Assembly: GCA_002716125.1 (NCBI GenBank)
Contig: PAZH01000081.1
Span: 50,771-74,770 of the forward strand
Direction of reading: 5' to 3'
Source: Rhodospirillaceae bacterium
GTDB lineage: Bacteria; Pseudomonadota; Alphaproteobacteria; UBA8366
DNA length: 24,000 nt
Below are positions 1 through 8,263 of this stretch, piece by piece. The notes under the pieces were generated by a model, which did no database searches, was not told where the DNA came from, and was given only the letters and a program-made list of their open reading frames with translations. Numbering within the stretch: position 1 is the stretch's first letter; the number at the start of each line of letters is the position of its first letter. The translations under genes and the position numbers were made by a program.

Positions 1-688
1 CGACGACTTCCCGCGCCTGCGTTTCCGCCGCATCCAGGATTCGGTCCTTGGCACCCGAGACGGTTTCGACGCCGAACTCTTGGATGAGTTCCGCTAGACG
101 CTTTTCGCCCAGTTTGACGGAGCCGATCTGAGCCGCAAGGTCGCCTTCGAAATCGCGCGGATGACGCACATTCACCGCCAACATGCGATGAATGTCCTCG
201 CGCCGCTTGCCTTTCTCATCGAGCTTTATCGGCGGTATGCGCAAGCCTTCTTGCCAAATCTCGCGCGCCGCCGCGTTGTAGGCGCCGTGTGTCGCGCCAC
301 CGATATCGGAATGGTGGGCGCGATTTAAGGTCCAAAACCGACAGTCGCCGCCGACGAACACGGGAACAATGACGGTTACGTCAGGCAAGTGACTGCCGCC
401 GTAATAAGGATCGTTCAGCAGGAACACGTCACCTTCGTGAACGTCCTTGCCAAAATACTCGATAACTTCTTTCGCAGCCCAGGACATGGCCCCAACATGC
501 ACCGGGATATGCTCTGCTTGCGAGACGAGATCGCCCGCACCGTCGCAGATCGCCATCGAAAAATCGCGGCTGGAATTCAGAATTTGAGAGTAGGACGTCC
601 GTAACATCGCCTCGCCCATCTCTTCGACGATCCCCGTCAAACGATGTTGGATTACGGACGTCGTAACGGGATCAATTGTATTCGACAT
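1..688 (-). CDS. Hydantoinase B/oxoprolinase family protein (HyuB-like); N-terminal ~229 aa only, C-terminus lies beyond the left edge
   Basis: Absent from the ORF track because it runs off the window. Hand translation of the reverse complement from ATG (688-686) gives MSNTIDPVTTSVIQHRLTGIVEEMGEAMLRTSYSQILNSSRDFSMAICDGAGDLVSQAEHIPVHVGAMS..., which is the typical HyuB/oxoprolinase N-terminus. An AGGAA Shine-Dalgarno sits just upstream and the frame stays open to position 1. Confidence 0.8.
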   Translation of the reverse strand, partial: MSNTIDPVTTSVIQHRLTGIVEEMGEAMLRTSYSQILNSSRDFSMAICDGAGDLVSQAEHIPVHVGAMSWAAKEVIEYFGKDVHEGDVFLLNDPYYGGSHLPDVTVIVPVFVGGDCRFWTLNRAHHSDIGGATHGAYNAAAREIWQEGLRIPPIKLDEKGKRREDIHRMLAVNVRHPRDFEGDLAAQIGSVKLGEKRLAELIQEFGVETVSGAKDRILDAAETQAREVV

Positions 689-706
689 AGAGGGTTCCTG
701 AAGAGC

Positions 707-1519
707 TTAGACGCGGCGTAACGGATGGCCATGGTCCATCGGGCCGTGTCCCGACCCAAAGCCAGGTGCGGCCAGTATCGCGGCCCGCACATAACCGCGG
801 GCGCGTTGCACGGCTTCGGTCATGCCCATGCCGGCAGCCAATCCCGCCGCGAGCGAAGACGCCAACGTGCAGCCGGTTCCATGCGTGTGTTTCGTATCGA
901 TGCGTTGATCATGAAAGAGTTCGACACCATCCGATGTCACCAAAACGTCGGTCAGGGTCTCGTCTTCGAGATGCCCGCCCTTCACCAGTACGGCTGCCGC
1001 GCCAAGCGCTCGGATGACCTCTCCGGCCGCTTTCATGTCCTCAACGCCCGTGATCTTCATCTCTGCCAGTGCTTCAGCCTCGGGTATATTCGGGGTCACA
1101 ACACTAGCGCGCGGTACAAGACGGCCGCGCAGGGCATCCATCGCTTCTGGTTCCAGCAACGCATGGCCGCCCTTGGCGAACATAACCGGATCTGCAACGA
1201 GCGGGAGGTCGGGTGCGATATCCGCCAATACATCGACAACCGTCTCAATCACCGCGGAGCTATGCAGCATGCCCGTTTTCAGACAATCCGCACCAATATC
1301 GTCGAGCACCAGGCGCATTTGCTGTTCGATGAAATTGGGTTCAACCGGGACAACACCGTAAACACCGGTTGTATTCTGCGCCGTCAACGCGGTGATTGCG
1401 GTCATCGCAAATCCGCCAAGCGCGGTCACCGATTTGATATCCGCCTGAATCCCGGCGCCGCCGCCGGAATCGGAGCCGGCAACGATTAAAACGCGCCCTG
1501 GTTTGCCGCTTGCAGACAT
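707..1519 (-). CDS. thiD: Hydroxymethylpyrimidine/phosphomethylpyrimidine kinase
   Basis: 270-aa ORF with VLIVAGSDSGGGAGIQADIKSVTALGGFAMTAITALTAQNT and a C-terminal GTGCTLASSLAAGLA motif, typical of ThiD in the ribokinase superfamily. Its ATG overlaps the glmM stop by 1 nt (TGATG). Confidence 0.9.
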   Translation of the reverse strand: MSASGKPGRVLIVAGSDSGGGAGIQADIKSVTALGGFAMTAITALTAQNTTGVYGVVPVEPNFIEQQMRLVLDDIGADCLKTGMLHSSAVIETVVDVLADIAPDLPLVADPVMFAKGGHALLEPEAMDALRGRLVPRASVVTPNIPEAEALAEMKITGVEDMKAAGEVIRALGAAAVLVKGGHLEDETLTDVLVTSDGVELFHDQRIDTKHTHGTGCTLASSLAAGLAAGMGMTEAVQRARGYVRAAILAAPGFGSGHGPMDHGHPLRRV

Positions 1520-2865
1520 CAGCCGTGCGCTACCTTTTCGATGGCCTCGACGATATCGCCGACCACGGCTTCGACCAACCCGCTATCGTCACCCTCCGCC
1601 ATAACACGGATGACGGGTTCCGTTCCCGAGGGGCGAATGAGGACGCGTCCCGCGTCCGATAAGCGTGCTTCACCTTCGCAGATTGCCTCTTTCACCGTAT
1701 CGTCTTCCAAAGGTCTACCGCCATTGAACCTGACATTTCGCAATACCTGCGGCAGGGCATCAAAATGCCGGCAGACCTCGCTGATCGGCCGGTCTCGCTC
1801 GATCACGGAGGCGAGTACCTGTAGGGCCGCAATAAGACCGTCGCCCGTCGTGCTAAAGTCGTTCAAGATGATATGGCCCGACTGCTCACCGCCAACGTTG
1901 TGATCGTGGGTCCGCATATAGTCGACCACGTTACGGTCGCCGACAGCGGTGCGAACCAGCTCCAGGCCTAAATCATCCAAATACCGCTCAAACCCGAGAT
2001 TGGACATCACCGTGGCCACAACACCCCCACCGCGCAAATTTCCGGTGGCGTGCCAGGCATTCGCGATTGTCGCCATGACCTGGTCGCCGTTCAGAATTTG
2101 GCCGTGCTCGTCTGCTATAATTAGCCGGTCTGCATCGCCGTCGAGCGCAATGCCGAGATCCGCCCCGTGCGTCACGACTTGCTGGCTCATCGTCTCCGGT
2201 GCGGTCGCCCCGCAGTCGCGATTGATGTTGGTACCGTCCGGCTGTGTTGCGACCGGCACGACATCCGCACCCAATTCATGAAATACCGTTGGCGCCACCT
2301 TATAAGCGGCACCGTGCGCGCAATCGACAACGATCTTCATCCCGTCGAGACGCAAGTTCTTTGGGAAGGTCTGCTTCACGAACTCCATGTAGCGGCCGGG
2401 CGCGTCTTCTAACCGGGTTGCGCGACCGAGCGACTTGCCGCCCGCCAACTCAAAGCCGTTCGAATCCATCAACGATTCGATTTCCGTCTCTTCATCGTCG
2501 GACAGTTTGTAACCGTCCGGGCCGAACAGCTTGATGCCGTTGTCCTGATAAGGGTTGTGGGACGCTGAAATCATGACACCCACATCCGCGCGCAGAGACC
2601 GGGTCAGCATCGCGACCGCAGGCGTCGGCATCGGGCCGACAAGCATTACGTCCATGCCCATCGCAATGAATCCCGACACCAAAGCCGGCTCAAGCATATA
2701 ACCGGAAAGCCGTGTATCCTTGCCGATCACTGCGCGGTGGCGATGCTCGCCGCGGCGAAACAACTCGCCTGCCGCCATTGCAAGACGGAGTACCGTCCCC
2801 GGCGTCACCGGTTCGGTATTAGCAGTGCCCCGAATACCATCGGTTCCGAAATATTTACGCGTCAT
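1519..2865 (-). CDS. glmM: Phosphoglucosamine mutase
   Basis: 448-aa ORF with [16 protein letters not shown] at the N-terminus, the active-site loop [13 protein letters not shown], a DGDADR metal loop and GGEQSGH. Confidence 0.95.
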   Translation of the reverse strand: MTRKYFGTDGIRGTANTEPVTPGTVLRLAMAAGELFRRGEHRHRAVIGKDTRLSGYMLEPALVSGFIAMGMDVMLVGPMPTPAVAMLTRSLRADVGVMISASHNPYQDNGIKLFGPDGYKLSDDEETEIESLMDSNGFELAGGKSLGRATRLEDAPGRYMEFVKQTFPKNLRLDGMKIVVDCAHGAAYKVAPTVFHELGADVVPVATQPDGTNINRDCGATAPETMSQQVVTHGADLGIALDGDADRLIIADEHGQILNGDQVMATIANAWHATGNLRGGGVVATVMSNLGFERYLDDLGLELVRTAVGDRNVVDYMRTHDHNVGGEQSGHIILNDFSTTGDGLIAALQVLASVIERDRPISEVCRHFDALPQVLRNVRFNGGRPLEDDTVKEAICEGEARLSDAGRVLIRPSGTEPVIRVMAEGDDSGLVEAVVGDIVEAIEKVAHG

Positions 2866-2949
2866 GTGATTGCGTCCAAACGGCCGCGACGCCGCGCGAT
2901 CAACAAGAAAGACATGCTTCGTGTTTACTTGAGCGACCCGTTACGCGCA

Positions 2950-2980
2950 ATACGAAACGGCCCGCGCAAAGGCGGGCCGG
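2950..2980 (-). terminator. Probable intrinsic terminator downstream of ftsH
   Basis: Perfect 8-bp GC-rich stem CGGCCCGC (2958-2965) / GCGGGCCG (2972-2979) with a 6-nt loop, 24 nt past the ftsH stop. On the minus strand it is followed by TTTCGTATT, a weak U-tract. Confidence 0.5.
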
Positions 2981-3002
2981 GACGTTGAACTTGGGACAAT
3001 AA

Positions 3003-4925
3003 TCAGCTGCCGGGTTGTGGCTCCGGCTCTGGATCGGAGCCAGGTTTGACGGCTCCGCTGCTCGGCACCGACGACCGGACGCCACTCGGCGACTCGTCAT
3101 CATCGTCGGAATCGGTGCGAACGATGGTCTCTCCGCGCGTCAGAGCCAGCACTTCATCGCCTGTCAGCGTTTCGTACTCCAACAACGCATTGGCAATGGC
3201 ATGAAGCTGCTCGACATTGGCACCGATAATCTCGCGGCACGTCTCGTCCGCTTCGTCGACGATCCGCCGAATTTCTTCATCGATCACCTTCGCGGTCGCT
3301 TCCGAGACATTCTTCGTCTGGGTAACCGCATGCCCGAGGAAGACTTCTTCCTGATTATCGTTGTAGCGAAGCGGACCCAGTTTGTCGCTCATGCCCCATT
3401 CGGTAACCATCTTCCGCGCCAAATCGGTCGCCTGCATGATGTCGTTGGAGGCACCCGTGGTGACTTTGTCGTGGCCGAAAATAACCTCTTCCGCCACACG
3501 TCCACCCATGGCAACAACCAGATTCGCTTGGATCTGATCGCGAGCGAACGCCAGGTTATCTTTTTCCGGAAGGCGCATGACCATACCAAGCGCACGTCCG
3601 CGCGGAATAATCGTCGCCTTGTGGATCGGATCCGAAGCCGGCGAATGGACGGTCGCCAAGGCGTGCCCCGCTTCGTGGTAAGCGGTGAGCTTCTTCTCGT
3701 CCTCGCCCATCACCATGGAACGCCGCTCCGCGCCCATCATGACCTTATCCTTCGCGTCTTCCATCTCCTGCATGGAAACGACACGGTGGTTCTTACGGGC
3801 CGCCAACAACGCCGCTTCGTTCACCAAGTTCGCCAAGTCAGCGCCGGAAAAGCCGGGCGTCCCACGAGCGATGATCTTTGCATCTACATCCGGTGCGGAC
3901 GGCACCTTGCGCAAATGCACCTTCAGAATGAGTTCGCGCCCCCGAATATCGGGGTTCGGCACGACGACCTGGCGGTCGAACCGGCCGGGACGCAAGAGCG
4001 CCGGGTCAAGGACGTCCGGACGGTTCGTCGCGGCGATGAGGATCACGCCCTCATTCGTCTCAAAACCATCCATCTCGACCAGTAACTGATTCAGTGTCTG
4101 CTCGCGCTCATCATTGCCGCCGCCAAGTCCGGCGCCGCGGTGCCGCCCGACAGCATCCATTTCATCGATAAACAGCAGGCACGGCGCATTCTTCTTCGCT
4201 TGCTCGAACATATCGCGGACACGGCTGGCACCAACACCGACAAACATCTCGACAAACTCGGAGCCGGAGATCGTGAAGAACGGCACATTCGCTTCGCCCG
4301 CGATGGCGCGCGCCAAGAGCGTTTTACCCGTCCCTGGCGGTCCGACGAGAAGCACGCCCTTCGGAATTCGGCCACCCAAGCGCTGGAACTTTTGCGGATC
4401 GCGCAGGAACTCGACGATTTCCTCGAGCTCTTGTTTCGCTTCGTCGATACCGGCGACATCTTCAAACGTCACGCGGCCGGTTTTTTCCGTCAACAAACGT
4501 GCGCGTGATTTGCCGAATCCCATGGCACGGCCGCCGCCCGACTGCATCTGACGCATGAAGAAAATCCACACACCGATGAGCAGCAGCATCGGGAACCAAT
4601 TGATCAGCACAGCAAAGAGCGCCGGCATTTCTTCATCCGCCGGACGCGCTTGAACCTCGACGCCTTGATCCATCAAGCGTTCGACGAGTTTCGGATCGTC
4701 CGGTGCAACGACGTTAAACGACGTTCCGCTGGTCTTATAAAACCCGGTGATTTTATTGCCTTCGATAACGACGGATTTGACCTGTCCGTTGTTAACTTCC
4801 CTCAGGAATTCGGAATAAGGCAGCTCGGCCTGAGCACTGCGGTTCGACGGGCTCTGAAACAGGTTGAACAGCCCGACCATCAAAATGACGATTATGATCC
4901 AAAGTGCGAGATTACGACTAAACAG
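3003..4925 (-). CDS. ftsH: ATP-dependent zinc metalloprotease FtsH
   Basis: Walker A GPPGTGKT, Walker B LLFIDEMD, the second region of homology ([20 protein letters not shown]) and the HEAGH zinc motif are all present. The ORF track starts at TTG 4883. I extend the call to CTG 4925 because only that start retains TM1 (see finding). The minimal span is 3003..4883. Confidence 0.93.
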   Translation of the reverse strand: MFSRNLALWIIIVILMVGLFNLFQSPSNRSAQAELPYSEFLREVNNGQVKSVVIEGNKITGFYKTSGTSFNVVAPDDPKLVERLMDQGVEVQARPADEEMPALFAVLINWFPMLLLIGVWIFFMRQMQSGGGRAMGFGKSRARLLTEKTGRVTFEDVAGIDEAKQELEEIVEFLRDPQKFQRLGGRIPKGVLLVGPPGTGKTLLARAIAGEANVPFFTISGSEFVEMFVGVGASRVRDMFEQAKKNAPCLLFIDEMDAVGRHRGAGLGGGNDEREQTLNQLLVEMDGFETNEGVILIAATNRPDVLDPALLRPGRFDRQVVVPNPDIRGRELILKVHLRKVPSAPDVDAKIIARGTPGFSGADLANLVNEAALLAARKNHRVVSMQEMEDAKDKVMMGAERRSMVMGEDEKKLTAYHEAGHALATVHSPASDPIHKATIIPRGRALGMVMRLPEKDNLAFARDQIQANLVVAMGGRVAEEVIFGHDKVTTGASNDIMQATDLARKMVTEWGMSDKLGPLRYNDNQEEVFLGHAVTQTKNVSEATAKVIDEEIRRIVDEADETCREIIGANVEQLHAIANALLEYETLTGDEVLALTRGETIVRTDSDDDDESPSGVRSSVPSSGAVKPGSDPEPEPQPGS

Positions 4926-5009
4926 CTTCTTCGTCCCTTGTTAGCGCCCGAGGCAAGCCCCTGGCGCGTTTAAATCGAGCCCCAAACACGTAGTGTTGAC
5001 TACGAACAC

Positions 5010-6329
5010 TTACATTGTAAAGCGCGTTGCTTGTATCGGACGGACCGGCGCGAAGCAAATGTTGCGCACAATTTTTCCGATGCCGCTCTGCACTTTACGT
5101 GCGTACCACAAGTGGGGAACCTCTATCACGCGTTCAAGGGCCCAAACAGCCGGTAATGTTTCGAGAACATGTCTCGGCAGATGATCCACCCGTAATTCCG
5201 GCTGATCGTCGAGAATAGCGCGCAATCCGGACGATCCCAGTGTTCCGATACTGCAGTCCAACTCGCTGTTTTCGCTGTCTATATCGAAACGGCCATCCCA
5301 CTTCGCACGGCCAGCCGCTATGGCCTGTTGGGCGACCAAACCAATTTCCCGAACGACAAGGACACCATCCTTATCCGGCACGATCTTGCACCCTCCGGAC
5401 GTCGTCCCGCCCGCTAAACGGCCCCCTTTTAATTTGTCGTAAAGTTCCGTGACTTTCCGTCGGCGCGGCGGATGTGAACGTCCGCCGATTGCCGCAACAA
5501 CCGCCGATAGCGCCCGCTTCGCGATCTCGTCGGATGTGTCGCCCCAAAACCTGCCAAAAAGCCGCGCGTACCCTTCGGAATAGGTTTCGCAATTGGCCGC
5601 AAGATGCCGAGCCATCGTATCGTCGCGTGCACGCCGCCTTGCAGAGGCCTTTGCGCCAACTTCGTACCATTCATCCGCAGTGCTCGAACCCTCGAGATGT
5701 CTCCGAATACGAACACGATCGAAGCGCGTATCATCGTTCGAGGGATCGGCGACCGTTTCGACGCGAAAAGCATCTGCCGTCGCCTGCAGCCGGGCTTTCG
5801 CGAGCGGCAATAACGGTCGCAGTAACCGCACTTGGCCATACTCCTGCAATGCCCCCATACCGGCGAGGCCGTCGTCACCGCTGCCGCGTTCGTCCCGCAA
5901 CAGAACGGTCTCTGCCTGATCATCCCGATGGTGGGCGACAAGTAGGTGCAATACGGCGTTCTCGGCACACCACTCGAACAGCAACCGATATCGCGCGTCA
6001 CGCGCTTTTTCCTGCACGTTCGCCGAAGGGCGCTCGCCCGACCAGGCCAGAATTACAGCTTTTACCCCGAGTTCTCGCGCGCGCCGGGCGACATTGTCGG
6101 CCTCGGCGGTCGATTCATCTCGCAATCGGTGATCGACGATCAGCGCGGTGAGTTTTCCTCCAGCCGACTTTACCCAGCCCTGCGCGAGAACCAGCAAAGC
6201 CATGCTATCGGGCCCGCCGGAGCACGCCACCGCAATCTTCGGGGCGGTCTCGAACGGCTCTAAAGGCCGCATCAATTCAGTGAATTCGGAAAACGTAATT
6301 GGTTCGGCTTCGGTGCCTACGCCACTCAT
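5010..6329 (-). CDS. tilS: tRNA(Ile)-lysidine synthetase
   Basis: 439-aa ORF with the PP-loop motif ACSGGPDSMAL near the N-terminus and the conserved cpoB-tilS-ftsH neighbourhood. Its ATG overlaps the cpoB stop (ATGA). Confidence 0.88.
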   Translation of the reverse strand: MSGVGTEAEPITFSEFTELMRPLEPFETAPKIAVACSGGPDSMALLVLAQGWVKSAGGKLTALIVDHRLRDESTAEADNVARRARELGVKAVILAWSGERPSANVQEKARDARYRLLFEWCAENAVLHLLVAHHRDDQAETVLLRDERGSGDDGLAGMGALQEYGQVRLLRPLLPLAKARLQATADAFRVETVADPSNDDTRFDRVRIRRHLEGSSTADEWYEVGAKASARRRARDDTMARHLAANCETYSEGYARLFGRFWGDTSDEIAKRALSAVVAAIGGRSHPPRRRKVTELYDKLKGGRLAGGTTSGGCKIVPDKDGVLVVREIGLVAQQAIAAGRAKWDGRFDIDSENSELDCSIGTLGSSGLRAILDDQPELRVDHLPRHVLETLPAVWALERVIEVPHLWYARKVQSGIGKIVRNICFAPVRPIQATRFTM

Positions 6330-7471
6330 TTACAACCGAGCTGCTTGCTCATCCGCGAGGCGTTGCCAAGAATTCGAGGACTCGCTTTGGGATGCGAATT
6401 CGTGAGCTCGTCGTATGCAGAACACGCCGATTCTTTCTCCCCGATCGAAGCAAGGGACATTCCCAGTTTCAACAAAACGGCCGGCGCCTTGTTGCCCTTC
6501 GGATAGGTTTTATAGGCGTCGTAGTATACACGGATCGCTTCTTGAAAATCTTTCCGTGCGTAGTGCGTCTCACCGAGCCAATAGCTCGCGTTGTCCGCCA
6601 GCTCATGCTTCGGATGACGCACCAAGAACGCCTTCAATGCGTTTTCCGCCTCTGACATCTTCCGTTTCATCATCAACCCGTGCGCATGCTTGTACTGCTC
6701 TTCAGGTGTGCCGTCGGGAAGAACACCCGCATCCACGGACGCCGTTTGAGCGGTTGCAGCCGTCACCGGTGCCGGCGCAGGAGCTGCAACGGGTTTTGAA
6801 ACCGCCGCAGCGCGGACGGGCTGTTGGGCTGACGTGCCGCGCAGCAAGGTGGGCGGATTTGCAGACGCAGGGGTCACAGTGCCGCTCGTCTTAAATTGGT
6901 TGAGGTCGCGCTTACTGATAACCCCAAAAGCCTGTTGGCCTGGCTGCAGTCCCGGCTGTGCCACCTCGTTGGCGCCACCGGAAGAGATGACCGTCGTACC
7001 TGACGCACTCGATTGCGCTGCTTGCTGCGCCGCATCGGCAGCCGAGCGAAGTTCGGAAGACGGGGCAGAAACGGAACGACCGCCTTGACCTTCCTCGAGG
7101 GCGCGCAATCGCAAATCAACGTCGGCAACAAGCCGATCAAGACGCTCGCTATTGCGTTTAATCTTGAACTGCAGTTCCTCGAACTGGCCGTTCATCTCAC
7201 GCATCAGGCGGCGCATTTCTTGAATTTGGAGCTGAAGCTGGGAGACGGCGTCTTGGCTCGCGAACTCTCCGCCCACACCGGAAACAGCACCGGACGGCGC
7301 ACCTTTTCCGCCCCGGAAAACATAACTCTGGAGCGTATTCATGTCGCGACGCAAACGCTCGAGTTCACCGACAATGGATGAATCTTGTGCCCGCGCGTCG
7401 GGCACGCTTACGAGCGATGAAAATGTAACCGCGAACGCAAAGCCTAGGATGGGTAATGTTCGGACTATCAT
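6326..7471 (-). CDS. cpoB: Tol-Pal system protein CpoB/YbgF (signal peptide, coiled coil, long low-complexity linker, C-terminal TPR)
   Basis: It lies directly downstream of pal. The N-terminal signal peptide is MIVRTLPILGFAFAVTFSSLVSVPDARA, followed by a heptad-rich segment (LQLQIQEMRRLMREMNGQFEELQFKIKRN). The TPR-like C-terminus is YWLGETHYARKDFQEAIRVYYDAYKTYPKGNKAPAVLLKLG. I chose the start at ATG 7471 because the 20-aa upstream extension in the ORF track would bury the signal peptide. Confidence 0.85.
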   Translation of the reverse strand: MIVRTLPILGFAFAVTFSSLVSVPDARAQDSSIVGELERLRRDMNTLQSYVFRGGKGAPSGAVSGVGGEFASQDAVSQLQLQIQEMRRLMREMNGQFEELQFKIKRNSERLDRLVADVDLRLRALEEGQGGRSVSAPSSELRSAADAAQQAAQSSASGTTVISSGGANEVAQPGLQPGQQAFGVISKRDLNQFKTSGTVTPASANPPTLLRGTSAQQPVRAAAVSKPVAAPAPAPVTAATAQTASVDAGVLPDGTPEEQYKHAHGLMMKRKMSEAENALKAFLVRHPKHELADNASYWLGETHYARKDFQEAIRVYYDAYKTYPKGNKAPAVLLKLGMSLASIGEKESACSAYDELTNSHPKASPRILGNASRMSKQLGCK

Positions 7472-7514
7472 CAAAATATATTCGGCTAAAATTGCGGCTA
7501 GATTATGACGCAAC

Positions 7515-7543
7515 AACGCGTGCCGTTCCAATAACGGCGCGCG
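7515..7543 (-). terminator. GC-rich hairpin between pal and cpoB (possible attenuator or partial terminator)
   Basis: A 12-bp stem (7515-7526 pairs with 7532-7543, with one G-U pair) and a 5-nt loop. On the minus strand it is followed by TGTTGCG, so there is no clean U-tract. Confidence 0.35.
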
Positions 7544-7604
7544 TCGTTTAACTCAATCACAATCGAAGAGATAAGGGCCTAGCTGGCGCCACCCCGAACG
7601 ACAC

Positions 7605-8114
7605 TCACGCCACGGCGATTCTGCGCCCAGGCGGAATCGTTCGAGCCCAAAACAGCTGGGCGTTCTTTCCGTAGCTCACGGTTTCGATCCGGTTCGCCGA
7701 AACGCCACGGCTAACGAGATACTCTTTCACCGCATTCGCACGGCGCTCGCCAAGCGCAAGGTTGTACTCGCGCGTACCGCGCTCATCGGCGTGACCTTCC
7801 ACGACGATGGTGATGTTCGGATACTTCTTCAACCAGGCGGCCTGATCGTTCAGCGTCGACGTTCCATCGTTGCGGATTTCCGCCTTATCGAAATCGAAAT
7901 AAACTCTGTCGCCGATGGTAATGAATTCCTCGACGGAGCCAGGTGCCGGTGCGGACACGCTCGACCCGCTACTCGCACTCGCCGACGAACTCGGCGACGC
8001 CGAATTCTGTTGGGACGCGCCCGAGCCAGAAGACGTAGCAACTTCTTTTTCTTCGGACGCACATGCCGCTACAAGCAATAAAGCAGCAGCCATGCTTAAG
8101 ATTTTCATGCGCAT
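7605..8114 (-). CDS. pal: Peptidoglycan-associated lipoprotein Pal
   Basis: Lipobox LLVAAC after [12 protein letters not shown], then a Ser-rich linker and an OmpA-like C-terminal domain ([58 protein letters not shown]). An AAGGTGA Shine-Dalgarno precedes the ATG. Confidence 0.95.
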   Translation of the reverse strand: MRMKILSMAAALLLVAACASEEKEVATSSGSGASQQNSASPSSSASASSGSSVSAPAPGSVEEFITIGDRVYFDFDKAEIRNDGTSTLNDQAAWLKKYPNITIVVEGHADERGTREYNLALGERRANAVKEYLVSRGVSANRIETVSYGKNAQLFWARTIPPGRRIAVA

Positions 8115-8263
8115 TATTTCACCTTTAAGCGTCGGATACGTGGTAATTCAATACAAATTCCATGCGACGCGCCGATAATATGCATGACGATTCTGCAAAT
8201 ACAACCACCCATCAATAAAATTCATATAGTTGCCATGAATCGCCACACAAAATTTCGTGAGCG

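Noticed and set aside
389-604. 71-aa plus-strand ORF at the left end.
   Set aside because: It is antisense to the clearly homologous hydantoinase-B/oxoprolinase reading frame that spans 1-688 on the minus strand.
1519-1560. Looked for a TPP riboswitch upstream of thiD.
   Set aside because: The thiD start overlaps the glmM stop by 1 nt, so there is no leader in which a riboswitch could reside.
3015-4085. 356-aa plus-strand ORF; similar long ORFs occur at 725-1489, 5474-6151, 10741-11493, 14378-15055, 15593-16369, 18875-19669 and 19666-20346.
   Set aside because: Each lies antisense to, or out of frame with, a confidently identified conserved gene (ftsH, thiD, tilS, tolR/tolQ, yebC, the phosphoesterase, tkt, gap). 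Their translations are Arg/Ala/Gly/Pro-rich with no recognisable motifs. This is the usual shadow-ORF artefact of GC-rich DNA.
7472-7531. N-terminal extensions offered by the ORF track: cpoB to 7531, ybgC to 12273, ruvA to 13926, tkt from 17645, gap from 19585, TauD to 23792.
   Set aside because: The extensions overlap the preceding gene or bury a signal peptide or conserved N-terminus. Internal starts at 7471, 12192, 13857, 17726, 19735 and 23690 reproduce canonical family N-termini and give sensible junctions or Shine-Dalgarno sites.
8150-8230. 25-codon ORF (MNFIDGWLYLQNRHAYYRRVAWNLY) on the minus strand in the tolB-pal spacer.
   Set aside because: It has no Shine-Dalgarno and AT-rich atypical composition, and it is too short to evaluate. 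I treat the region as regulatory DNA instead.
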